Notes under the pieces: model-generated
The model's database searches: none
Told to the model about the DNA's origin: nothing
Seen by the model: the letters and a program-made list of their open reading frames with translations, nothing else
In this document: piece after piece, positions 38,201 to 50,775 of the stretch
How the letters are laid out: each line of letters starts with the position of its first letter
Numbering within the stretch: position 1 is the stretch's first letter
Program-made: the position numbers and the translations under genes
DNA from: the human T2T-CHM13v2.0 reference genome, Homo sapiens
NCBI RefSeq assembly: GCF_009914755.1
Contig: NC_060927.1
DNA length: 64,000 nt
Strand: one strand, 5' to 3'

Positions 38201-40779
38201 TGTGCAGCCTGAGACCAATTGTTAAAGTTACATGTATTGGTATGACCATTTCCACCTGACAGCAAATGCAAGGGAACCATAAATACCACACAAAGAAGAA
38301 AAAAAAAATGAAGAGAGAATGAATGAAAGAAAAATGTTTGGCAATGGGAACCTACAATTATGACTCAAATGCCCCTAACTTCAATAAAAGGGAAATGAAC
38401 TATGAAATTATTGAAGGAAGCAGTATATGAAAATGAAGGCATAGATACTCCATTCAAATCTCTTAATATATAAATTTAAATATTCACTCCATTTTAAGTG
38501 AATGATTCTGTCAAAAGAATTAATTTTCTGAGCAATGAGGATATTCATTTACCATGATTCCACCATCTGCAATTTATGAACCAAATTATACTCTTTCAGA
38601 AAAAAAGAAGTTCATACAATGCATTTAAACTACATCAAGACCAAATCAAAAATGTTTTCCTAAAATTGAAGAAATCACCAAGTAAAAGTTAATCACCTGC
38701 ACCTTTAGTAGACAGTGACCATTACAGAATAATATATAACAAACGCTTTACCCAAGTGGTTTTTCAAACTTTAACAGTTTATTCATGATATGTGAAGTCA
38801 GAGTTCTAGTTTTAACTGGAAAGGGGAATTCTCACATCCACAGAGCAGTCAATAGTCTTGGTGTCCCAGAAAAGACCTTTTAAACAAGTTGTCATTTCCA
38901 AAAGGGTTTGCAGGGATCTTAGGAAAAAATGCCCATCAAAGCAGTCTGGCAGGTAACTTTAACGGGGGAAACAGGTTAGACAGACTCTATGCAAAGTGGA
39001 GGAACTTCCTCTGTATGTGAGAAGCAAAGCACCAGAGTGCCAGCTAAGTGTTGCCATAAGGGAATAGGGGCTTACTGTTATCAGCTATTCCAATTTTTCA
39101 AGAGAAACTGCAACTCCAAATATTTCGGTAAATTTTTAAATGGCCACTAAGTGAAAATGTTTAAGACACTGAGCAGACTAAAACCACTTAAACAAATTTG
39201 CAGGCTAGGTGACGAGCGGGCTGCAACTTACCCATTTTGCTCTGGAGCATCTGTCATTTACCAAAGAGTGAAACAAAGCATGAATATACACAAAAGGAAA
39301 AACTATTAAGAGAACACCATGGGTCTCTTTTATATATAACAGAGATGATCACCTAATTACCAGATTTGTCTTTCTTTCACTTTTTCCTTCTTTACTCATT
39401 TATTTGTTCTCTTATTTAACAAATATTTGCTCATTGTCTTTTTGGTATCAAGCTCAGCAGCTGGTGGAAGAAAAAGGAATGCAATCAAATAATTACAGCT
39501 ATTTAACATGTGCTGGTAAAGATATATACCAAAGTACTGTGAAAGCAAGAATAGGAAGCGTTAACTCTCCCCAGGGAGGTCAGAGAGCCGCACTGGATTT
39601 AGTAGGTAGCTGTTAGTTTTGCTTGCTCAGCATCCATTTCCTTTTTTTTTTTTTTTTTTTTCTGGTGACATTGACTCAATTTTAATTTGAGAAATATTTT
39701 AGTCTCAATAGGTTAGTAAAAGCAAAGGCAACATTTTATCATTTTATTTCTTGCTCACACTACACATTTTTATTCATGCTACATTTCCTATACAAGGTAG
39801 AGAGGAGTTCATTTGACCACAGGCACTCAGGGACCAAGACTGACAAATATTCTATCTCATTTAGCTACACCATGTAGAATACATGGCAGAAACAACTAGA
39901 CCACCTTGCACTGGCTCCTCTTTGCTTTAGCTTAGACATATCATGTCCTCCTGTGGTTCAAATAGTCGTGTGGTCTCATTTCACTTCCTGGAGGCTTAGA
40001 AATGTAGGACAACCTATTATATGCAATCTTGGTGACATGTCCACCAAAATACCCAACCAGCCCATGGTTGAGACATGGACATGTTACCCAAGCAAAGGCA
40101 ATGAGATAATTTCTTCCTTTGAGTCATGAACCTTGAACTGAATATCACAGAATGCAAAACCAGAACTGACCCATTCCAAGGACCTTTTCTATGAAAAGAT
40201 GAGTCATTAGTTCCTACAGTCTAGATTCATAAAGGTTTTTTTCTGTGCCTTGAATGTTTAGTTGTTGGGTTGTTTTTGTTCTTTGAGCTACCTATACCTA
40301 CCTGTATCCATCTTGTATCTTTTCAAAACACTCATTTTATTGTCCGAGTTAGTCAGAGTCATTTATGTGAGCCAACAATGATTACTGATAACCTGGAAAA
40401 AAACATGCAAAGTAAGTCTTAGAGAATGAGTAGCAGTTTGATATGATATGGGATAAGAGTTGGTGTGGTGGGATGAGGATGACATCGAGGGCAACAAATG
40501 ATCAAAGTCAGAGAAGCACGTAGAGCCAGGTATAAGTAGTTCTGCATGGCTAGAAGAAAGAATGGGTGGATTAACGCATGTCAAGAAATGGGAAAGATAC
40601 TAAAGGCTGAGAAATAGCAACAAAGATTTCTACATCATCCTAATGAAGTTTAGATTTGACCCTGAAGAGAATATACATGTCCCAGCCAGAGAAGTGTGCC
40701 TGCAGACTGCAGACAGTGAAGAGCCATAGAAGGCTTTTAAGTAACTGTGACTTCACCATGTTTTTTTCCTTTGGTCTTA

Positions 40780-42030
40780 TCTAGATAAATTTCACATAAT
40801 ATAAAATTTACCAATTTAAAGTGCACAATTCAGTGGTTTTCGATATGTTCACCGAGTCATGAAATCATCACTACTATCTAATTTTAAAATATTGTTATCA
40901 CTCCCAAAGAAAACTCATACCCATTAGTAGTCACTACCTATTTGCCTAGCCCCTAACAACCATTAATCTACTTTCTTTCTCTAGAGATTTGCCTATTCTG
41001 GACATTTCGCACAAATGGAATCGTACAGTATGTAGTCTTTTTTACTGGCTTCTTTCACTTAGCGTAACGTTTTGAAGATTCTTCCATGTTATAACATGTA
41101 TCAGCATTTCATTCTTTTTTATGGCTGAATTATATTCACTTGCATGGATATACTACATTTTGTTAATGCATCCATTGATGGAAATTTAGGTTGTTTCCAC
41201 ATTTTACCTATTATAAATAATGGTACTATGAACATTCATGTACAAGTTTTTGCATGAACATATCTTCCATTTATCTCTTGTATATATACCTAGGAGTGGA
41301 ATTTCTGGGTCATACGTATGCTTAATAAGTTTTTAAAGTGTCAAACTATTATTCAAAGTGGCTGTACTATTTTGTATCCCATCAGTAATGTATGAGAGTT
41401 CTAAATTCTCCGCATCCTTGCCAACATTATTAGCCATTAGGGAAATGCAGATAAAACCTCAATGAGACCCCTTTAAACCTCCTAGAATGAATAAAATAAA
41501 AAGATACATAGTAACAAGTGTTGGCAAGTATGTAGAGAATTTAGAGTTCTCATACATTACTGATGGGATACATTTATTGGTCATTTGCACATCTTCATAG
41601 GAGAAATGTCAATTCAGATCCTTTGCCAATTTTTAAATTGGGCTATTGTATTGCAAGAGTTCTTTATATATTCTGGATACAAGTTCCTTATTAAATATAT
41701 GATTTGCTATTATCTTCTCTCATTCTATTGTCTTTCCATTTTATTGGTGGCATCCTTTGATGCATGAAAAATTGTAATTTTTATAATGTCCAATTTAGCT
41801 ATATTTTATTTTTTCGCTTGTGCTTTTTGGTGCCACGTCCAAGAAAACATTGTATAGCCCAGGGCCCTGGAAAGTTACTCCTCTATTTTCTCCTAGGAGT
41901 TTTATAGTTTTTGCTCTTACATCTAGATCTGTGATCCATTTTGTGTTCATTTTTGTCTATGGTTTGAGGGAAAGGTCCAAATGTATTCTTTTGTATGTGA
42001 ATGTCAAGTTATTCATGCCATTTTTGTTTT
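40780..42030 (-). mobile_element. L1MB-like 3' portion containing an internal inverted segment (41427-41572)
   Basis: aaagtgcacaattcagtggtttt, atttgcctattctggacatttc, cctaggagtggaatttctgggtcat; one block reads in L1 sense orientation. Confidence 0.9.
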
Positions 42031-42559
42031 AAAAAGTTATATGTGGTAGCTAATAAATAAATATATAAATGTGGAAGCAAACACCAATTAGGAGGTTATT
42101 ACAATAATCCTGAGAGCAGATGAAGCCTGAACTAATTTGTTGACATGAAGAATTATTCAGAAGATATTTAGAGGAAGAAGCCACATTTGGTGGACATTTG
42201 TAATTTGACAGCATTGTTCAGCATTCACTCCCCATTTCAAACAGCACCCAACTTCCTTTTGGGGAAATTATATTTTCTCTATTACATGCTGCCTCAGTGG
42301 ATGATAAATTCAAATTACTTCTTTTTTTAATGGAAACCAAGTGAGCCTGCTACTTTCTCTAATTATCTGTCTACATAGAGAGGGAAGGCACAGAACTTAC
42401 ACTTACGCTATCAGAAGTTGTGTCCTAGCTTGGATTCTTGTATAAAAAAAAACATGAACGTGGAATAAAATGTTAAAGTTGCTTCATTTAGACACATGGC
42501 CCTCACCAGACTATTCCTTTGGTTCTGGTCATCAAACCACTCTAAAATGTAGGGGGTGG

Positions 42560-42965
42560 AAATAACCATTTAATTATATCTCATAATTTAGTGGTTTAGG
42601 CTTGGCCAGGGCTAAATATTTCTGCCCTAGGAACCATCGGCTGAAAATCAATTCCCTCACATGCCTGTTGTCTGGGTGAGGATGACTAGGAAGCTGAGCT
42701 TAACTGGGTTTCTCTACCCTTCTGTATTCTCAGGTTCTCCCCATGACACCACTGCTGTAGAGTAGTTAGACTTCCTACATGGAAGTTCCAGGAACCCAAG
42801 TTAGTCCTTTTGAAGGTGACGTCTGCAACTGTCATGGCATTTTTCTTCTGTACTCTATCAGTCATAACAGTCACAGGATAATCCAGATACAAGGGGAGGG
42901 GAAGTGGTCTCAATCTCTGAATTGAAGGAATGTCATGGAATTTGCAGCCCTCTTTGACGTGCCTT
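42560..42965 (-). mobile_element. MLT1-type LTR
   Basis: aaccatttaattatatctcataatttagtgg...ccagatacaaggggagggg...ggaatttgcagcc. Confidence 0.6.
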
Positions 42966-44239
42966 ATATACACTGAGAAAACCAATATTGCTTCAATTCC
43001 TCCTCCCTAGCTTTCCAGAACTGCCAGATTTAAGACTAATTTTTCAGCCTTCCAAACCCTGGTGTAGTCCTCATGGGCTGCCAGTAAGTTCTTGTCTCTG
43101 TATGTTGTTTTCATCCAAAGAAGCCCAACTGATGCTGCCCAAGAGTTAGAAACTGGTTAGTGAAAAATCATGAGGGAAACAGGCATCTAGGATTCCTCAC
43201 AGGCTTATAGTTTGGTAGATTAAAATGACTGTGCTGCCACTCTAAGATATATAAAGTACAGAAGCAAGAGGGTTGAGAATCAGATCATGAGTTCCACTTT
43301 TGATAAAACAGTCATTTCAACAACCTGTTGGCTATATGGGTGGTAATTGTGACAGAGATTTAAAAATCATAAACACATTGGTGATAACTGAAGCCAATGG
43401 CATAGGTGAGGTGTGTAGAATGAAAAGAGAATTAAGCCAAAGAATGAACTGTTGGTAAAGCAGAAATGAAAGAGGAAATAAATGGGCCAGAGGTAGAAAT
43501 TATGAATGGTTTAAATCTGGGGGAAAGAATCAGGAGAGGGGGAGAGTCGAAGATACAATAGAAGGCAATGGATTCACGGGTTTTCTGTGGGGATAGAAGC
43601 AGATGGGTTCCAGACTAGAATGGAAACATTTTCACAGAAGGATACTTTCATGATTCCAAGATGGAGAAATGAGGTCATCTGGAGAGTCATTCTCCTTCTT
43701 CTGGGGCAGGAAGAGATTGGGGAAAGATAGTTGTGGGGAAAGATGAATCTGTAAATTAGGAAGGACACAATTTGCTGAAGGAGCTCGGTTGTTTTGTTGT
43801 TTTGTTTTGTTTTTCAATCTAATGGCTGCTATTTATAATACCAGTATAAAGGGGATACGCAAGGCTATCTGTTGAAATCAATGTGAGGCAGGAACTGATA
43901 TTGTACATCTCTATCCCCAGCATCATCTTTTCTGTCTTCCTCCATTTTCCTTCCCAATGTCATGTTGATGCCCTCATTCTAATGCTCTCCCTGAGGATCT
44001 CTCTGACACCTGCCTCTATCAGATCTACACTCATACTTTTGTCAAGTGATCCCTTTAAGATACAATTCCAATTATATGACCACTATACACATATACATGT
44101 ACACACGTATACATGTACACACATATAGAGACTCAAGGAACTGATCTCTTATTCCCTACTGAATTCAGTGTTTTAGAATGTACCATCATGTGCCTCCAAG
44201 TATCTGTATTTTCTTCTTAAAGATTTCCTATGCCCCTAC

Positions 44240-44624
44240 TGCTATGGTGTGAACGTTTGTGCCCCTCCAAAATTCATGTTGAAACTTAATTCCTAATGCA
44301 ATAGTATTGAGAGGCGAGGCTTTTAGGAGCTGATAGGCCATTAAAGGCTCTACCCTCATAAATTGATTAGTGCCTTATGAAAAGACTTGAGGGACAAGGT
44401 CACCCCTTTCTTCCCTTCTACCATGTGAGGACACAGCATTCCCCCACTCTGGAGGATGCAGCAACAATGTGTCGTCTTGGATACAGAGAGCCCTCACCAG
44501 ACATGGAACCTGCCAGCACCTTGATCTTGGTCTTCCTCACCTCCAGAACTGTGAGAAATAAATCTCTACTGTTTATAAATTATACAGTCTGTGATATTTT
44601 GTTACAGCAGCATAAACAAAGACA
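44240..44624 (+). mobile_element. Solo MaLR LTR (MSTD/MLT1A-like)
   Basis: tgctatggtgtgaacgtttgtgcccctccaaaattcatgttgaaac...aaagaca; 5-bp TSD cctac/ccaac. Confidence 0.88.
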
Positions 44625-45204
44625 CCAACTAAAATCAACAATTCATTATTCCCCAAGCTCCCCCTGTATCTTCTTTCCTCGATAGTTCTGGCACTTTTGT
44701 TTCTTCCACACGAAATGCCTCCCTTCCAACTCTACCTTCTTACATGGGTCCATTTCTTAATCTCAGGGCCTATTATGGGATGGGGAGGGCCATTTGCTTT
44801 AAATGTTATATATACAAAAGACCTCACATTTACTTCAAAAGTGGTTACATTGATTGACAGATATTATAATTCTTGGTGTTAAAAGTATTAATTTCTTATA
44901 TGTTATTAATTTCTTAATTATAATTTCTTATAATTTCCTACTTGTCATTTATTTATTAATATGCTAGGTGCCTCAAAAAAATGAAAAAAAGACTTAGGTC
45001 TTTCTGGAATTTTAAGAATACATGTTTAAGTTTAACAATAATTATTATTACAAATTTTTAATAACTAACACTTCTTAAACAGTGCCTATGACATGCAGGC
45101 ACTGTTCTGAGTACTTAATATTTTATTTAATCCTTCAACAACAGTCCCATGGAGTAGATGCTATTATTTCACTATTATAAAGAAAGAAACTGAGGTTTAC
45201 TGAG

Positions 45205-45617
45205 TGATATAGTGTAGATATTTGTCCCTGCCCAAATCTCATGGTGAAATCTAATCCCCAATGTTGGAGGTGGGGCCTTGGGGGAGGTGTTTGGATTATG
45301 AGGGCAGATCCCTCACAGCTTGATGCTGACTTCATGATAGTGAGTTCTCACGAGATCTGGTCATTTAAAAGTGTGCAACACCTCCCCATCCCTTCCTCAA
45401 CCCTGCACCCTCTCTCTTTCTTGCTCCTGCTTTCACCATGTGAGACACCTGCTCCCCCTTCACATTCTGCCATGAGTAAAAGCTTCCTGAGGCCTCCCCA
45501 GAAGCAGATGGCACTAAGTTTCCTGTACAGCCTGCAGTGAGCCAAGTAAATCTCTTTTCTTATAAATTGCCCAGCCTCAGGTATTTATTTACAGCAACAC
45601 AAGAATGGCCTAATACA
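45205..45617 (+). mobile_element. Solo MST LTR (MSTA/B) inserted in a MIR
   Basis: tgatatagtgtagatatttgtccctgcccaaatctc...cctaataca; TSD ctgag/ctgaa; MIR gaaactgaggtt upstream. Confidence 0.9.
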
Positions 45618-47539
45618 CTGAACATAGGTAGAATGGTCCAGGTTATACAACTCAGATGCCACCTGTTCATAAGTTTTTTTTTAATTCTGCTAAATAATAA
45701 GTCCAATAATAAGTCCTCTCTCTTTTCTTTGAATCCCCACAGCAAATGTTTACAATGTTATGAGATTCTCTTTATTTTATTCTGTATTATAGTTTTCTAG
45801 CATCATGACAAATCCCCAGAGTAGTCTGAGAGCTTCTTAAAATTAAGAAGGAAGGCAAAATGTTTTGTTTTGTTTTGTTTTTTTGTAATCCCACTGCCAA
45901 CGCTGAGCCTTGCACACAGTAGGACTTCAATATATCCACTGCATTATTTTGGAGAATTACAGTTACTTAATCACAATTAGCTCTCAAACAAATTCAACAT
46001 GTATGCAGGAAAGCAAATGCAGGTCGATGTTAGTGTAATTACTAGTACAGTAAATCAATAAGTAATGAAAGCATTAGCTCCATAAAGATTACAAGTCCAG
46101 TAATGATAACTAAGGAGAAAAATCTTACGTTTGTTCTTGCAGACATTTTCTCATTCTCCATTCTCTTCCACCTATACTTAACTGACATCTGGTAGAGTCT
46201 TTTTTTTCTTTTTCCTTTGACATTATGTGTTTAAGCACTTGCTGGTTGATGAAAATAATATGTAAAAATGTCCTTGCTCCTGTGTTTTTGCTTCTAAAAG
46301 TGACAGAAATAACCAAAAAAAAAAGTGAATTAATGGTAATCTGTTAGAAATGATGAAATTTGTTATACGTTCTCCTATAGAATATACATCACATTACTCT
46401 TTATTCTCCCCTCACTTTTTGTAATTTTTTATGTCCTCTTAGAAATTATATTCTATGCTCTTCTTCTCTTTCTTATCCTCTCACTACCTGTTTGCTTCTT
46501 TCTTACCTTTCTTCCTTTCCCTCTGTCTCTCTTATTTTCTAAAATCATTTAGGATTTCCTGTGAAAATCTAAAAGACTTAATAAAGAAAATTTTAAAATA
46601 GAATTATCTCTACAATTTGCAAAAAAAAATTTCATGTCACCACCATAAAATGGCCTACTGAAATGTACTTTATTCTCTTTGTGGTAATTATAGCCTTGAT
46701 GTAGTTTTTTCACAATACATCGTTTACTCACATATTTCCAAATTTAAATCTAAAAATTTAAAAGCATCTTAATGTAAAAGTCCTTGACAACTGGTCACAA
46801 TAATTCTCATTTTGACACGAACAATTTATTCGTTTTCTTGTTGGTGGTATTAGGCCATTATTTTTCCATTCACAATTTAACACTGGATAGTTCCTATAGT
46901 CTTCAAAGTAGCCACAATTTTGTTTATGTTATTGTTTAATACATTGTAAAATGTTACCCAAAGCTTTATTGCACTTGTTCATTTTGTAGATTAATACAAT
47001 GTTTTCCTTGTATAGCCTTTGGGCACACAGACCATAAGCAAGCAGAATCATAAATTGATAGGAATAAAAGATTTCTGGTTTTCATTACAACTTGAGTATA
47101 ATGTAACTAGAACTCTTCTGCTTTTGCCTCAACTTTACATGAAGTACAAAAAAGAGACTTGGCCGCTACACTGGGCATCTAACTCATCTTCCTCTGGAGG
47201 TTGAAAAGACTTAGGGATGCAGTCAGATGGTATCAAATTTCAATGTGTGGGAAAGAAATTTAAAAATAATAATCCAGGAACTCTGTGTAACACCACATAA
47301 TTTACACAGCAATTTCACATATATTATCTCATATCTCATATCAAAGAAAGCATAATGCATATCCCACCTTCTTATAAAAATGGGGAGAGAGGAAACTCTT
47401 GAAAAAAAAACCCAAATTAAGGCATAAGGAAGTTTGGCAATGTTTCTAAAATTGCACCTAGATCTAAAGGAAGTAGGGCACTATTTCTATATGCATACTT
47501 AATACATGCTCATTTTTAAACCCTAAAATATAGTTAAGA

Positions 47540-47910
47540 GCCATCAGTTAAGATCAGCTTCAGATTGTATATAACAAAACAAAACAAAAATCTAGACATA
47601 AACAAGATAGAAGTTTATTTTTCTTAACAGTCCTGGGCTAGAACAGCTGTTCCTCCAAATCCTGCTATGTTATTCCAATACAGAGCCTTTATCTTCATTC
47701 CAAGACATGACTGCTTGATTCCCAGCTATCACATCAGAGCTCCAAGCCATAGAAGGGAGGAAGAGAAGAAGACAGAAGAGAGGCAAGCCCTCTCCTGTAT
47801 AAAGAGACTTCTGAAATATCTTATACAATATTTCTCCTTGTATCTTGTTAATTAAATCTTAAATATTTGACTACCCTGGTTGCAAGAGCAGTATGGAAAC
47901 GTGCTATTTT
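47540..47910 (-). mobile_element. MLT1 (J/K-like) LTR
   Basis: catcagttaag...aaacaagatagaagtttatttttct...gttgcaagagcagtatggaaacgtg. Confidence 0.55.
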
Positions 47911-48499
47911 AACTGGATGGAAATAAACCCACTAAGGTAAAGTGGTACCCACCCACTCAGTGGGTAGAGTAAGCCCACCCACTAAGTAGGTGTGGGGTAG
48001 GCAGGTGGCAGACTTTGCTACAAGAAAGGAGAGAATGAGAGAGGTGAGAAGAGAGGCAAGAATAAAAGCTACCAGATCAAATTCTTTATTACCCCAGGGA
48101 TTAATTTCTAACAGTCCTTCAAGATTTCCATAAATAATACTTGAAAATTTGACTTTATGATAATTTGGAAAATTAGCTGAGTGATGTGGTAACACAATAA
48201 AACATTGATGATGGCATTTGGGGAGTAGTAGTAGCAGCAGCAGTAATATTAAAAGCAGTAGAACTAATAGTAGGCTTTTTGTCACTCAATATGTATTCCC
48301 AAAAATATGTAAAAATAATTATCTTTTTATAATGAAACTAAACTTCTATTTGAATAAACATATACTTTTATTCTAAATGCTTTTCTGAGTTTCCTACTAA
48401 GTATTTATAGTTTATTAAACTTCAAATAATTGGTGAACATTTATACTGTAACTAATGGGATTTAAATAGCCTTTTAAAGGCTAAGTTAGTTGGTACAGC

Positions 48500-48720
48500 T
48501 TGTGTTTGAAAAGATGAAACGAGGTTGAGTCTAAACTTGGGCCCTATCACTGAAGAGCTATATGTGAGCTTTCACCTTCAGTGATTCACTCTCTAAGCTC
48601 AATCTCCTCAATTATAACACAGGGACAATAAAAACCCCCAAAATATTTAACTTAAAAGGCTATAGTGAGGGTTAAATGAAATAATACATAAAATATATAG
48701 AATTTGGTAAGTGTTCATAA
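48500..48720 (+). mobile_element. MIR
   Basis: ctctaagctcaatctcctcaattataacacagggacaata...gtgagggttaaatgaaataatac. Confidence 0.65.
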
Positions 48721-49345
48721 AAATCTTTTTTCAAGATCTTCTGCGCAAAGTACTAAAGACTAATCAGAGATTGCTTTTTTTAAAACAGAATGATTCTAAG
48801 GGCAAGATATCCCTGAATAATGTGGTAGTATACATAGAGTTTACAAAAAAGATAAATACTCGTACCTGGGGAAAATGTGGTTCATCAGATAATGCATTCA
48901 GGAAAAAATAAAAATATTTGTTTCCTATAGCTAATAATAAATAGTTCTCAAAACAACAGAAATTAAATATTATCTAACCTAAGAATGGTTCCAAAATATG
49001 AATAACTTGTTTTTAATTTAGGAATGTGGTATAATTAAATAATCCTATCAAATTTTATTTTTTGGAAACCAAATTTTCTAAATTACCAGCATCAGAATGA
49101 AGAAGCAGAAAACTTTGGAGTCTAGTCTTAAATAGTACATTATCAATGATCATTTCCCAAATATAAGGTCTAATACTTTTAAGAAATTTGCTTTTTCTAT
49201 ATAAATCCAAACCAGAGAGAGTTTCTCAATCTTTTCTTATTTACCTGACTTGAAGGATTGTGGTCTCTTCATCACCACTCATCAAATCCATCACCACTAT
49301 ATATTACGTATTTGTGAATTTACTTTTTCTAAACAAATACTTTTC

Positions 49346-49620
49346 GCCAGGTGCAGTGGCTCACACCTGTAATCCCAGTGCTTTGGAAGGCCTAGGCTGG
49401 AGGATCACTTGAGGCCAGGAGTTCAAGACCAGCCTTAGCAACATGGCAAGGCCCCATTTCTACACATATTCTTTTTTTAAGTTGCTGGATATGGTGGTGT
49501 GTGCCTGTAGTCCCAACTACTCGGGAGACTGAGGTAGGAGGATCACTTGAGCCCAGGAGTTTGAGGCTGTATTAAGCTATGATCACCCCACTATGTGACC
49601 AAGAGACACTCTGTTTTGAA
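49346..49620 (+). mobile_element. AluJ
   Basis: gccaggtgcagtggctcacacctgtaatccc...gagcccaggagtttgaggctg...gctatgatc. Confidence 0.93.
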
Positions 49621-49702
49621 AGAAAGAGAGAGAGAGAGAAAGAAGAAAGAGAGGAAGGAAGGAAGGAAGGAAGGAAAGAAGGAGGGAAAGAAAGAAAGAA
49701 AG

Positions 49703-49775
<73 letters not shown>

Positions 49776-49863
49776 AAGAAAGAAAGGAAAGGAAGGAAGG
49801 AAGGAAGGAAGGAAGGAAGGAAAGAAAGAAGAAAGAAAGAAAGAGAAGGAAAGAAAGAAAGAA
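49618..49863. repeat. Pure polypurine compound STR (GA/GAAA/GGAA) grown from the Alu tail
   Basis: ~245 nt with no pyrimidines; (GGAA)6 at 49653-49676 and (GGAA)8 at 49791-49822. Confidence 0.97.
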
Positions 49864-50503
49864 TTGCATGCTTTCAACCCCTTTGGTAATGGTCAGCCCT
49901 TTTGGTAATCGGGTAAACGGTCGGGTTAATGTCTCTTTCAAAATCAGCCTATGTGAGGGTGTTTCAAGCTGTGTAAACATGTGTTTGGGATCTCTGAAGG
50001 GGCTGCGGTGCTTTCAACCTTCTTCATCAATTATCCAGGTTTCTCCTCTTCTTCGTTTCCCTTACTCACAGGGTATCCTCTTGTCTTCTTGTCTTTTTTT
50101 TTTTTAAGCTGCTTCTTTTCTTTTTGCCTTAGAGAGCTTCAGTCACTGCCTGCTATGGGTAACGTCCAGAAAATCAAGTCTTTGGAAAGCTAAATAATAT
50201 ATTTATATATCCATTCATTTAAGAACACACAAAAAGTACTTATTAAAAATGTACTGCAAATACTAGGTAGTCACAAATAAAAGACAGTCAGTATACTCAA
50301 GGAGCCTACGATTTTGCAGCCAACAGACACTTGGCATCACTGATAAACCCAGGCTATCATGCAAGCTTTATCCTACAGGCAGAGTTTCTGAGCTACTCAT
50401 GGAACAAAGGGCTTTTGAAGAAGGATGAAACATCTAATCCCATGTATTTTTTGTTGCATCAGCCTAACTAGATTGTAAGATCCTTGAAGTTCAGATAAAT
50501 GTC

Positions 50504-50775
50504 TTTTTGTTTGTTTGTTTGTTTTTCTTTTGTTTTGGAGATGGAGTCTCTCTCTGTTGCCTAGCCTGCCAGGCTGGAGAGCAGTGGATTGATCTCAGCT
50601 CACTGCAACCTCCGCCTCCTGGGCTCAAGTGATTTTCCAGCTATTCTCCTGAATAGCTGGGATTACAGGCGTGCCACCAGATCCAGGTAGTTTTTAGTAG
50701 AGATGGGGTTTTGACATGTTGGCCAGCCTGGTTTCACTCCTGACCTCAGGTGATCCACCCGCTGGGATTACAGGT
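50504..50775 (-). mobile_element. Alu, antisense, with several internal deletions
   Basis: gagatggagtctc...ctcactgcaacctccgcctcc...cctgacctcaggtgatccacccgctgggattacagg. Confidence 0.92.

Noticed and set aside
49572-50107. K/E/R-rich and F/L/S-rich ORFs up to 170 aa
   Set aside because: Translations of the GAAA/GGAA microsatellite
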